DNA of 64,000 nucleotides from Bacteroidota bacterium (GTDB taxonomy: Bacteria > Bacteroidota > Bacteroidia > UBA4408). The stretch lies in the NCBI GenBank assembly GCA_040385525.1, contig JAZKHE010000005.1, positions 96,910 to 160,909 on the forward strand, read 5' to 3'. Within the stretch, counting starts at the first letter, position 1, and each line of letters opens with the position of its first letter. A program made the translations under genes and the position numbers. The notes under the pieces are model-generated. The model saw nothing but the letters and a program-made list of their open reading frames with translations. It was not told the origin of the DNA and did no database searches. Shown piece after piece: positions 49,960 to 58,960 of this stretch.

Positions 49960-51483
49960 ATGAATATTTATTCGCAAAAGCAGCAGTGGAAACTTGTGTT
50001 AATGGTAATAGGATTTATTATTGTTGCAGGGTCTTTGTGGTACACCAATAATATTGTAAAACAAATTGCGAACGAAGAAAGAAAGCAGGTTGAATTGTGG
50101 GCGCAAGCCATTCAGCGAAAAGCAAACTTAGTAAAATACACCAACGATTTATTTGAAAAACTAAAAAAAGAAGAACGCAAACGTATTGAAACTTGGGCCG
50201 AAGCAACTAAAATGCTAGTGCTTTCAAATAGCGAAAACGATTTAACTTTTTATTTAAAAATTGTTCAAGACAACACAACTATTCCTGTAATATTAACCGA
50301 CGAAAAATTAAACATTAGTAGCTGGATGAATTTAGATTCTATTCCCAACAATAGCTACAGTAATGCTAGTCCTCAGCAAAAAGAAAGTGTTTCTAAAATT
50401 TTAAAATCCTTTGCCGAAAAACAAAATCCGCTAGAAATTAACTATTACAAAAATTACAAAAACAAAGTGTTTTATGGCGATACAAAATTGTTTATTGAAC
50501 TAAAAACGGTTCTAAACGATTTAATACAATCTTTTATATCAGACATTGTTAGCAACGCAGCATCTAGTCCTGTAATATTTATTAGTCAAGATAAAAAAAG
50601 AATAATCGCATCGAGCAATGTGCGCGATGAACTAATATATGCGGCCGATTTACGCGATAAAACAATTCAAGATTTTGAAAAATCGAATACGCCAATTTTA
50701 ATTGAATTAGGTACAGGCGAAAAAGATTTAATTCTATACAAAGATTCGGCTTTGCTAACCACATTAAAATATTTCCCAATAATTCAGTTTTTAATTATAG
50801 GTGTTTTTTTATTTATTGCTTATAGTTTATTTAGCACTGCGCGTAAAGTGGAGCAAAATCAGGTTTGGGTTGGTATGAGCAAAGAAACTGCTCATCAGTT
50901 AGGTACGCCACTTTCATCATTAATTGGCTGGGTTGAATTATTAAAAGCAAAAGGAATGCAATCTGAAACAGTAGAAATAGAAAAAGACATTGCTCGCTTA
51001 AATACTATTGCAGAACGTTTTTCTAAAATTGGTTCTCAACCCAATTTAGTAAACGAAAATGTAAGCAAAATAATTACGGCTTGTATAGCCTATATGCAAG
51101 TGCGTAGTTCTCAAAATGTAAATTTTATTTTTTCTCCAGATAAAGATTATTTTGTAAAAGTTAATCCGCAATTGTTTGAATGGGTTATCGAAAACCTTAT
51201 TCGCAATGCTATTGATGCTATGGAAAATAAGGGGAAAATTAAATTTGAAATTTCTCAACAAGGTTCAAAATTAATTATTGATGTAGAAGATTCTGGAAAA
51301 GGTGTTCCGAAAAATAATTTTAAAACAATTTTTGAACCGGGTTACACCACCAAAAAAAGAGGTTGGGGTTTAGGTTTGTCTTTAAGCAAAAGAATTATAG
51401 AAGAATATCATAACGGAAAAATTTCTGTAAAACATTCGGAAGTTAACGAAGGCACAACCTTTAGAATTGTTTTAAACGCTTAG
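49960..51483 (+). CDS. membrane sensor histidine kinase
   Basis: 507 aa. Two transmembrane helices flanking a periplasmic domain, HisKA H-box (AHQLGTPLSSLIGWVELL), HATPase_c N/G1/G2 boxes. Confidence 0.75.
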   Translation: MNIYSQKQQWKLVLMVIGFIIVAGSLWYTNNIVKQIANEERKQVELWAQAIQRKANLVKYTNDLFEKLKKEERKRIETWAEATKMLVLSNSENDLTFYLKIVQDNTTIPVILTDEKLNISSWMNLDSIPNNSYSNASPQQKESVSKILKSFAEKQNPLEINYYKNYKNKVFYGDTKLFIELKTVLNDLIQSFISDIVSNAASSPVIFISQDKKRIIASSNVRDELIYAADLRDKTIQDFEKSNTPILIELGTGEKDLILYKDSALLTTLKYFPIIQFLIIGVFLFIAYSLFSTARKVEQNQVWVGMSKETAHQLGTPLSSLIGWVELLKAKGMQSETVEIEKDIARLNTIAERFSKIGSQPNLVNENVSKIITACIAYMQVRSSQNVNFIFSPDKDYFVKVNPQLFEWVIENLIRNAIDAMENKGKIKFEISQQGSKLIIDVEDSGKGVPKNNFKTIFEPGYTTKKRGWGLGLSLSKRIIEEYHNGKISVKHSEVNEGTTFRIVLNA

Positions 51484-51484
51484 T

Positions 51485-52648
51485 ATGGCAGGAATATACA
51501 TTCACATTCCGTTTTGCAAACAGGCTTGTTATTATTGCGATTTTCATTTTTCAACTTCAACAAATAATGCGCAACAAATGGTTGATGCAATTATTTTAGA
51601 ATTAAAATTGCAAAAAAACTTTTTTCAAACCACCGATATAATAAATACAATTTATTTTGGAGGTGGCACTCCTTCTATACTTCCAACCGATTCAATTTCT
51701 AAAATAATAGACACGGTAAACAAAACATTTAACGTTGCTACGGATGCAGAAATTACTTTAGAAGCAAATCCTGATGATTTATCGACTGTAAAAATTCGCG
51801 AGTTAAAATCTACGCCAGTAAATCGTTTTAGTATAGGAACGCAATCTTTTATTGAAGAAGAATTAAAATGGATGAACCGAGCACACAATGCACAGCAAGC
51901 CGATTATTCTATTAAAGCTGTTCAAGATGCTGGTTTTACCAATATTACTATCGATTTAATTTATGGTCTTCCGCAGCAAAGCAATCACAATTGGTTGTTT
52001 TCTTTGCAAAAAGCTTTCGATTTAAATGTGCCTCATTTATCTTGCTATTGCTTAACGGTTGAAGAAAAAACTGCACTTCATCATTTTATAAAAACAAAAA
52101 AGTACAATAATATTAGCGATAAAATTGGTGAGGCTCATTTTCAATTATTAATAGAACAATCGCAACTAAATAATTTTGAGCAATACGAGATTTCTAATTT
52201 TGCTAAACAAGGATTTCAATCAAAACATAATAGCAATTATTGGAAAGGAGTTTCGTATTTAGGTGTTGGTCCTTCTGCACATTCGTTTAACGGAGAAAGA
52301 AGATTTTGGAATGTAAAAAACAATAGTTTGTATATAAATAGTTTGTTGCAAGATGGAAAAATTCCAAACGAATTTGAAGTTTTATCTACCAAAGATTTGT
52401 ACAACGAATACGTTATGACCAACTTGCGAACCGTTTGGGGTTGCAGTTTAAATAAAATTGAACAAAGCTTTGGAAACGAAGTACATACATATATTTTAAA
52501 TAATGCCAGACCTTATATTGAAAATAATAGTTTGATTATAAAAGAAAATAATTTATATTTAACCAACCAAGGTAAATTGTATGCAGATAAAATTGCATCA
52601 GATTTATTTTTGATTGATGATATAAATGAAGGCCACCATAAATACTGA
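51485..52648 (+). CDS. hemW: radical SAM heme chaperone HemW (oxygen-independent coproporphyrinogen-III oxidase-like)
   Basis: 387 aa. CxxxCxxC (CKQACYYCDF) at the N-terminus, HemN_C-like tail. Confidence 0.8.
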   Translation: MAGIYIHIPFCKQACYYCDFHFSTSTNNAQQMVDAIILELKLQKNFFQTTDIINTIYFGGGTPSILPTDSISKIIDTVNKTFNVATDAEITLEANPDDLSTVKIRELKSTPVNRFSIGTQSFIEEELKWMNRAHNAQQADYSIKAVQDAGFTNITIDLIYGLPQQSNHNWLFSLQKAFDLNVPHLSCYCLTVEEKTALHHFIKTKKYNNISDKIGEAHFQLLIEQSQLNNFEQYEISNFAKQGFQSKHNSNYWKGVSYLGVGPSAHSFNGERRFWNVKNNSLYINSLLQDGKIPNEFEVLSTKDLYNEYVMTNLRTVWGCSLNKIEQSFGNEVHTYILNNARPYIENNSLIIKENNLYLTNQGKLYADKIASDLFLIDDINEGHHKY

Positions 52649-53384
52649 TTTCGCTAGTTTTGAGGTTGATTTAAACCAGCCTGTTGATATTTCTATACCC
52701 ATTTCTAATTCTCCAAAATCGCCAAAAGCTTGGTATGTAGATGCAGTTAAAATTGAACCCGTTATGACGGAACATTTTACAGGCGATGTAAATTTGGGCG
52801 GTACTGTAAATTTTAGAAATATTTTTTTTAATCCGCATGGAAATGGCACACACACTGAATGTGTTGGGCACATTAGCAAAGAATTTTATTCGGTAAACGA
52901 TGTAAAACAATTCTTTTTTTTAGCCCAACTTATAAGTGTGACGCCTAATAAAAAAGAAAACAATGATTTGGAAATTGGTGCAAATCAAATTTCTGATATT
53001 CAAAAAAACGTTCAAGCTTTGGTTGTAAGAACTTTGCCAAACGTAGATTCTAAATTAAATAGAGATTACTCCAATACAAATCCTGCTTATTTTACAAGCG
53101 AAGTTGCTGAACTTTTAAATAAAAAAAACATTGAACATTGGTTGGTAGATTTGCCATCGGTTGATAAAGAATTAGATGGTGGCGTTTTAGCATGTCATCA
53201 TGTTTTTTGGAATTATCCGCAACAACCTGCACTACACAAAACAATAACTGAATTTATTTTTGTTCCTGATGAAGTTTCAGACGGATTATATTTATTGAAT
53301 TTACAGTTTGCACCATTTGTAAACGACGCATCACCTAGTAAACCATTACTTTTTAAAATACATAACTATGTTTCTAAATCCTAA
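52626..53384 (+). CDS. cyclase family protein (kynurenine formamidase-like)
   Basis: 252 aa. HGNGTHTECVGH resembles the HxGTHxDxPxH cyclase signature. Confidence 0.55.
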   Translation: MKATINTDFASFEVDLNQPVDISIPISNSPKSPKAWYVDAVKIEPVMTEHFTGDVNLGGTVNFRNIFFNPHGNGTHTECVGHISKEFYSVNDVKQFFFLAQLISVTPNKKENNDLEIGANQISDIQKNVQALVVRTLPNVDSKLNRDYSNTNPAYFTSEVAELLNKKNIEHWLVDLPSVDKELDGGVLACHHVFWNYPQQPALHKTITEFIFVPDEVSDGLYLLNLQFAPFVNDASPSKPLLFKIHNYVSKS

Positions 53385-53844
53385 CCTCGACAAAATTGAC
53401 ATGCAAATTTTACGAATTTTGCAAGAAAACGGACGTATTACCAACTTACAATTATCAAACGAAATTGGCTTGTCGCCAGCACCAACATTAGAACGTGTAA
53501 AGAAGTTAGAAAACACAAATATAATTAAAGGATATCATGCTGATGTGGATAGCACACAAGTTGGTGTAGGAATTATGAGCATTATGTTGGTTACTTTGGC
53601 GCGTCAAAAAGATAATGCGATACAAAATTTTAAAAAGCATATTGTAAAATTACCTGAGGTAACAGAGTGCTACCAAGTAACTGGCGATTACGATTATTTA
53701 TTAAAAACAATGACACCAGATATTGCTGGATTTGAAAAATTAATTTCTGAAAAGTTGAGCAAAATAGAAGAAATAGGTAACATGAAAACAATGGTTATTT
53801 TATCAGAAGTAAAAGACACTAAAGTTTTACCTGTTACTTATTAA
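53368..53844 (+). CDS. Lrp/AsnC family transcriptional regulator
   Basis: 158 aa. N-terminal HTH (DKIDMQILRILQENGRITNLQLSNEIGLSPAPTLERVKKLE) and a C-terminal RAM domain. Confidence 0.85.
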   Translation: MFLNPNLDKIDMQILRILQENGRITNLQLSNEIGLSPAPTLERVKKLENTNIIKGYHADVDSTQVGVGIMSIMLVTLARQKDNAIQNFKKHIVKLPEVTECYQVTGDYDYLLKTMTPDIAGFEKLISEKLSKIEEIGNMKTMVILSEVKDTKVLPVTY

Positions 53845-53847
53845 TAC

Positions 53848-54207
53848 ATGTTTGCCGACGAAATAAGAGATTATTGCATTGCAAAAAAGGGAGTAACAGA
53901 AAGTTTTCCTTTTGATGAAACTACACTAGTATTTAAGGTGATGAACAAAATGTTTTTGTTGGTTGCCTTAGATGAAAGTCCTGTGCGATTTAATGCAAAG
54001 TGCGATCCAGAAAAAGCAACTGAGTTACGTGAGCAATATCCAGATGCTGTTTTACCAGGCTACCACATGAATAAACAGCATTGGAACACCATAATTTGCA
54101 ACGATTTTTTAAGTGAAAAACAAACCAAGCAAATGATTGACGATTCTTATAATTTAATTATTGAGTCGTTGCCTAAGAAAGTTAAAGCAGAGTTGGAGAG
54201 TTTATAA
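53848..54207 (+). CDS. MmcQ/YjbR family DNA-binding protein
   Basis: 119 aa. N-terminal pattern IRDYCIAKKGVTESFPFDETTLVFKV characteristic of the family. Confidence 0.65.
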   Translation: MFADEIRDYCIAKKGVTESFPFDETTLVFKVMNKMFLLVALDESPVRFNAKCDPEKATELREQYPDAVLPGYHMNKQHWNTIICNDFLSEKQTKQMIDDSYNLIIESLPKKVKAELESL

Positions 54208-54254
54208 ATGCTAATAAAGAAAAAAAATAATAATAGCTTTAGTAAACGAATAAA

Positions 54255-54950
54255 CACAAGCGGACGCTTGCGCCAGAGTGAGTATTATTAAACGGAATAT
54301 TTCGGTATTAAACTACTACTATGAGAATATTTAAAATTAAAACAGATGTTAATAACGTTCAATTAATCCAACCATCAAATCATTTAAATATTACATTAGA
54401 AAGGTTCAGGTTTGATTGTAAAACTAAAATGAAGGATTTTGCAGATATTGAGTTTTATGTATACAATCCAAAATTAAAACCGAAAAATTTTTATTCAACA
54501 AGCGGGGGGTGTTTAGTTTTTGACAGAAAAACATCTGAATTATGTAGAACAGTATTTGAGATGAGCGGTGAGGTTATCCCAATTAAAATGGAAAGAGATG
54601 GCGAGTTATATATACTAAATGTTTTAGAATGCATGAATGGATTAGATTATGAAAATACAAAATGAGATTATTATGATAATGGAACAAAAGGCAGAATTTT
54701 AGAATATGTATTTTTAAAAGAACGAGTAATCAATGAATCAACAATTTTTAAGATTCCAGAAACTAGTAAAACTGATATTTTTTGCTACTCTGATGTAAAA
54801 GATAGACAAGATGAATTCTATCATATTTATCATGATAATAATTTAACAGGTTTAATTTTCGAAGAAATCAAAACGAATTAAAGGTGTTTTTTATGAAAAC
54901 CCTTAGCTAGCGAGGGCTTGCCAATTGTCTGGCGCAAGCGTCCGCTTGTG
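54255..54950. mobile_element. about 700-bp cassette bounded by perfect 23-bp inverted repeats (MITE-like cargo element or invertible segment)
   Basis: CACAAGCGGACGCTTGCGCCAGA at 54255-54277. Its exact reverse complement is at 54928-54950. The repeats are 61% GC in a roughly 30% GC context. The element contains only one small ORF. Confidence 0.45.
54321..54665 (+). CDS. small hypothetical protein (immunity-protein-like); possibly the 5' part of a 186-codon gene disrupted by an in-frame TGA
   Basis: 114-aa ORF. The same frame stays open for 71 more codons after TGA at 54663-54665, ending at TAA 54878-54880, with no new ATG. Confidence 0.4.
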   Translation: MRIFKIKTDVNNVQLIQPSNHLNITLERFRFDCKTKMKDFADIEFYVYNPKLKPKNFYSTSGGCLVFDRKTSELCRTVFEMSGEVIPIKMERDGELYILNVLECMNGLDYENTK

Positions 54951-54990
54951 CTAAATGTTAAGAAACTTATTTAGTATAATATTCTTACTT

Positions 54991-56325
54991 CTATCTGTCA
55001 AACTCTAATCGCATACCACGGCTGCTTTCATCAAAAATTCCGTTGTGGTAAACTAGTTTCCCGCTAACTATTGTAGTTTTTATTTGTGAGTTAAAAGTCG
55101 TTCCTTCAAAAGGACTCCATTTGCATTGCGATAGAATGTTTTCTTTTGTTACAGTTGTTTTACTATTTAAATCAACTAAAACTAAATCTGCATAATAACC
55201 TTCTCTAATATATCCGCGTTTGTTTATGCTAAACATATCTGCAACATTGTGTGCGGTTTTTTGAGCAATTTTTTCTAAACTAATTTTACCTTGTTTGTGC
55301 ATTTCAATTAATGCAAGTAACGAGTGTTGTACTAGCGGTCCGCCAGATGGTGCGTTTAAATAACTTTGGTTTTTCTCTTCAATTGTATGCGGTGCGTGGT
55401 CAGTTGCTATTACGTCAATAGTATCATTTAAAACTGCTTTTAAAATAGCATCTCTATCTGTTTCTGATTTAATTGCCGGATTCCATTTTATAAAATTACC
55501 TTTTGTTGCATAATCTTTATCACTAAACCATAAATGGTGCACGCAAGCTTCGGCAGTAATTCTTTTTTCTTTTAAAGGAATTTTATTTGTAAATAATTCT
55601 AACTCTTTTTCAGTTGAAATGTGTAAAATATGTAAACGTGTATTGTGCTTTTTTGCTAAGTTAACTGCAAACGAAGATGAAGCGTAGCATCCATCAGCAT
55701 TACGAATTATAGGGTGCATTTCTGCACCAATGTTTTCTCCTAATTTATTTTTTAGTGTCTCAAGATTTTTTTTAATCATGCCGTCATCTTCACAATGGGT
55801 TGCGATTAATAGTTTAACGTGTTTAAAAACATTTTCTAATGCTTGTTTGTCATCAACGACTAAATTACCTGTAGACGAACCCATAAATATTTTTACACCA
55901 CAAACATTTTTAGGATTTGTTTTTAAAATATCTTCTAAGTTAGTATTTGATGTTCCGATGTAAAATGAATAATTGGCAAGCGAATTTTTTTCTGCTATTT
56001 TATATTTATCTTCTAATAATTCTTGTGTTAGTGCAGCAGGCACTGTGTTTGGCATTTCCATAAAAGAAGTTATTCCGCCTGCAACGGCAGCTTTTGCTTC
56101 ACTATAAATTGTTCCTTTATGTGTTAAGCCTGGTTCTCTAAAATGCACTTGGTCGTCAATTAAACCAGGAAATAAATGCAAACCTTTTGCATCTATAACG
56201 TGCTGTGCCTTTTCGTTAATTTCGTTTTCTGAAATTTTTTCAATTAAACCATTATTTATTAAAATATTGGCAATACAAATTTTGCCTTCGTTAACTACAG
56301 AGGCGTTTTTAATTAAAATATCCAT
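54991..56325 (-). CDS. pyrC: dihydroorotase (multifunctional-complex type)
   Basis: 444 aa amidohydrolase. DDQVHFREPG metal-binding motif, dihydroorotase-length. Confidence 0.75.
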   Translation of the reverse strand: MDILIKNASVVNEGKICIANILINNGLIEKISENEINEKAQHVIDAKGLHLFPGLIDDQVHFREPGLTHKGTIYSEAKAAVAGGITSFMEMPNTVPAALTQELLEDKYKIAEKNSLANYSFYIGTSNTNLEDILKTNPKNVCGVKIFMGSSTGNLVVDDKQALENVFKHVKLLIATHCEDDGMIKKNLETLKNKLGENIGAEMHPIIRNADGCYASSSFAVNLAKKHNTRLHILHISTEKELELFTNKIPLKEKRITAEACVHHLWFSDKDYATKGNFIKWNPAIKSETDRDAILKAVLNDTIDVIATDHAPHTIEEKNQSYLNAPSGGPLVQHSLLALIEMHKQGKISLEKIAQKTAHNVADMFSINKRGYIREGYYADLVLVDLNSKTTVTKENILSQCKWSPFEGTTFNSQIKTTIVSGKLVYHNGIFDESSRGMRLEFDR

Positions 56326-56331
56326 AAAATA

Positions 56332-57045
56332 TTAGTTAATTTTTTTAAAGCGCATTTGCAAAACGCCTAAAAAGGCTTCTTTAAAAATGCTCGTGCTCAT
56401 TTTAGAAACACCTTCTTTTCTATCGATAAAAGTGATAGGAACTTCAACAACTTTAAAACCTTTTTTAATGGCTGTATACTTCATTTCAATTTGAAAAGCA
56501 TAACCAATAAATTTTATTTCGTCAAGTTTAATACTTTCTAAAACCTTTCGTTTGTAGCATTTAAAGCCTGCGGTTGTATCTTTTATAGAAATCCAAAGTA
56601 CAATTCTAACATAAACTGAAGCGAAATACGACATTAAAATTCTGCCAATTGGCCAGTTACTTACTTTACCACCTTTTACGTAGCGCGAACCCACCGAAAC
56701 ATCAGCTCCATCTTCGCAAGCTTTTAATAAGCGAGGCAAGTCTTCTGGGTTGTGAGAAAAATCGGCATCCATTTCAAAAATAAAATCGTACTGATTTTTT
56801 ATTCCCCACTTAAAACCATGTATGTAAGCAGTTCCTAAACCTAATTTTCCTTTTCGTTCTTCAATAAAAAGACGACCATCAAATTCGCTTTGTAATTTTT
56901 TTACAATGGAAGCAGTACCGTCGGGCGAATTATCCTCAACTATTAAAATATGAAGTGGAGTTGGTAAAGAAAAAACCTTTCGAATGATTTTTTCGATATT
57001 CTCTTTTTCATTGTAAGTAGGAATAATTACGAGGTTTTTCGACAC
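56332..57045 (-). CDS. GT2 polyprenyl-phosphate glycosyltransferase (Dpm1/ArnC-like)
   Basis: 237 aa. N-terminal IIPTYNE...DDNSPDGT motif and DAD. Confidence 0.75.
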   Translation of the reverse strand: MSKNLVIIPTYNEKENIEKIIRKVFSLPTPLHILIVEDNSPDGTASIVKKLQSEFDGRLFIEERKGKLGLGTAYIHGFKWGIKNQYDFIFEMDADFSHNPEDLPRLLKACEDGADVSVGSRYVKGGKVSNWPIGRILMSYFASVYVRIVLWISIKDTTAGFKCYKRKVLESIKLDEIKFIGYAFQIEMKYTAIKKGFKVVEVPITFIDRKEGVSKMSTSIFKEAFLGVLQMRFKKIN

Positions 57046-57140
57046 TGTTAATTTTTTTACGAAGATAATCTAAAGCCATTAAACTAACAATTTTTAATTT
57101 ATTTCGTACAAATACTCAAAATGCTTATTTTAGCTACTTA

Positions 57141-57542
57141 ATGAGGCAATTTAAATATATATTACTATTAGCTTTAACATTAATTAACTGGTGTTATGCG
57201 CAGCCTTATAAGCATAAATTAAAGGGAACGGCCAGTTATTACCACAATAAATTCAATAATAGAAAAACATCATCGGGCGAAACTTTTCACAACATAAACT
57301 ATACCGCAGCGCACAAAACAATGCCTTTGGGTACTTGGGTAATTGTTACACGCTTAAGCAATCGTTTGTATGTTATTGTAAAAGTAAACGATAGGTTACC
57401 GCCAGATTCTAAACGAACAATTGATTTAGCGCAAGCAGCAGCCCGGAAATTAAAAATGATTGAACGCGGTTTGGCAAAAGTAAAAATTGAAGTAATTCCT
57501 CGTTACTCCATTAAAATGATAATGCCTATAAGTAATAATTAG
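57141..57542 (+). CDS. RlpA-like (DPBB-domain) septal-ring lytic transglycosylase family lipoprotein
   Basis: 133 aa. Signal peptide, GTASYYHNKFNNRKTSSGETF and MPLGTWVIVT DPBB motifs. Confidence 0.75.
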   Translation: MRQFKYILLLALTLINWCYAQPYKHKLKGTASYYHNKFNNRKTSSGETFHNINYTAAHKTMPLGTWVIVTRLSNRLYVIVKVNDRLPPDSKRTIDLAQAAARKLKMIERGLAKVKIEVIPRYSIKMIMPISNN

Positions 57543-58960
57543 GGCTTTGCAAATAATTGAAAGCGACTTAGTTTTAAATTTATTTTTGTGTAACCTTTAG
57601 GAATTTCAGCATGATTTCCTGAGTCGTATAAATAAAACCGATGCAAGTTACCTTGATTATAATCTAAACTGATGTTTCCAAACCTAGAAAAATAAGCGTA
57701 AACAGTCCAACTTTGAGCTTGTTCTATTGGAATTGTAATGATTTCTCCTTGAGGAACATTTTTACATATTTCGAATATATCTTTTAAAACTATTTCGTCT
57801 CGTTCAAAATGTTTGTATTTACTAGCCGAAAAAACGATTGACGATATTAATATTAAACCAGCTAAGCCACTTACTATTTTCAATTTTTTTGAATTGGAAT
57901 TTAATTGATTAAACCAAAAATGTATTTGCGGAAAAATTAGTTGAGAAAAAGCAAGTGCAAAAAAGGGATAAGCACACAATGCGTAGTAACCAGATTGTCT
58001 GGGACTCAATAAAATTGGTAATGTTGCAGATAAGGCAATGAATAAAAAAAACTTTTTTTTTGTATTAGTTAAAATAGAAAGTTGCTTTTTAAAATACGAG
58101 ATTAAAAAAACAATTAAGCAAATACTAAAAATTGGAATTAATTCTAAAAATGTTTTTGTAACAATAAAAAACCTAGCATTGTCGGCACCTCTACTACCAT
58201 CTATACTTGTAACAACTTGTTTATTGAAATAGTTTGTTAAAAATTTATTAGAATCTTTGTAGAGAAATAAAATCATGCTGAAACAAAAAACAAAAAAGAA
58301 CAATAATAAAGTGTGTATTGTCAATTTTTTTAAATTCATTTTATCGAAAAATAATGAATAAAAAAACGGAATTGATAGCGGGAATAAACCTGTAAATCCC
58401 TTTGATAAAAAAGCTAAAATAATTAATAATGCTGCGGGAATAAGATAAACGAGTTTGTTTTTTAATTGTGCTTTTAAGATAAAATAAACACTAAAAACAC
58501 AGAAATAAGACATAGTGTTTTCTAACATATTATTTTTAAAAGCCCAGCCAATTAATAGTACTGAAAGATAAAGTGTTGCGGGGAGCCACCAATAGTTTTG
58601 TAATGTTTTATCTTTTTGATAAATAAGTTTCCAAATAAAACAGATGCCCGTAATATTTAAAAACAAGGCAAGTAACGAGTATAATTTATCTATTATAAAA
58701 GATTCTGAAATAGAGTAAAATAATGAGTGTATAAAAATGGCTAATGGTGGATGTTCGTAAAAATTACTGAATAATGTTTTAGAAAAAATTAAATTCCACA
58801 CACTACCATTATTTATTGCAATGTTTTTTGCGATGGCAGAATACATCTTGCCATCCATAAACATTCCGTATTGAAACACACTTGGCAACACAAGCCACAG
58901 TGCTAGAGAAATGCTAAAAAGTTTAAATGGCAAATGCCATTTATTATTTAATTGCTCCAT
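57539..58960 (-). CDS. ArnT/PMT-like (GT39/GT83) polytopic glycosyltransferase
   Basis: 473 aa with 11+ transmembrane helices. First periplasmic loop contains FYEHPPL, resembling the ArnT/PMT (E/D)KPPL signature. Confidence 0.6.
   Translation of the reverse strand: MEQLNNKWHLPFKLFSISLALWLVLPSVFQYGMFMDGKMYSAIAKNIAINNGSVWNLIFSKTLFSNFYEHPPLAIFIHSLFYSISESFIIDKLYSLLALFLNITGICFIWKLIYQKDKTLQNYWWLPATLYLSVLLIGWAFKNNMLENTMSYFCVFSVYFILKAQLKNKLVYLIPAALLIILAFLSKGFTGLFPLSIPFFYSLFFDKMNLKKLTIHTLLLFFFVFCFSMILFLYKDSNKFLTNYFNKQVVTSIDGSRGADNARFFIVTKTFLELIPIFSICLIVFLISYFKKQLSILTNTKKKFFLFIALSATLPILLSPRQSGYYALCAYPFFALAFSQLIFPQIHFWFNQLNSNSKKLKIVSGLAGLILISSIVFSASKYKHFERDEIVLKDIFEICKNVPQGEIITIPIEQAQSWTVYAYFSRFGNISLDYNQGNLHRFYLYDSGNHAEIPKGYTKINLKLSRFQLFAKP

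Noticed and set aside
54248-54957. Target-site duplication flanking the 23-bp inverted-repeat cassette
   Set aside because: The flanks (…GAATAAA | … | CTAAATG…) share only a loosely placed TAAA, which is not convincing. It neither supports nor excludes transposition.
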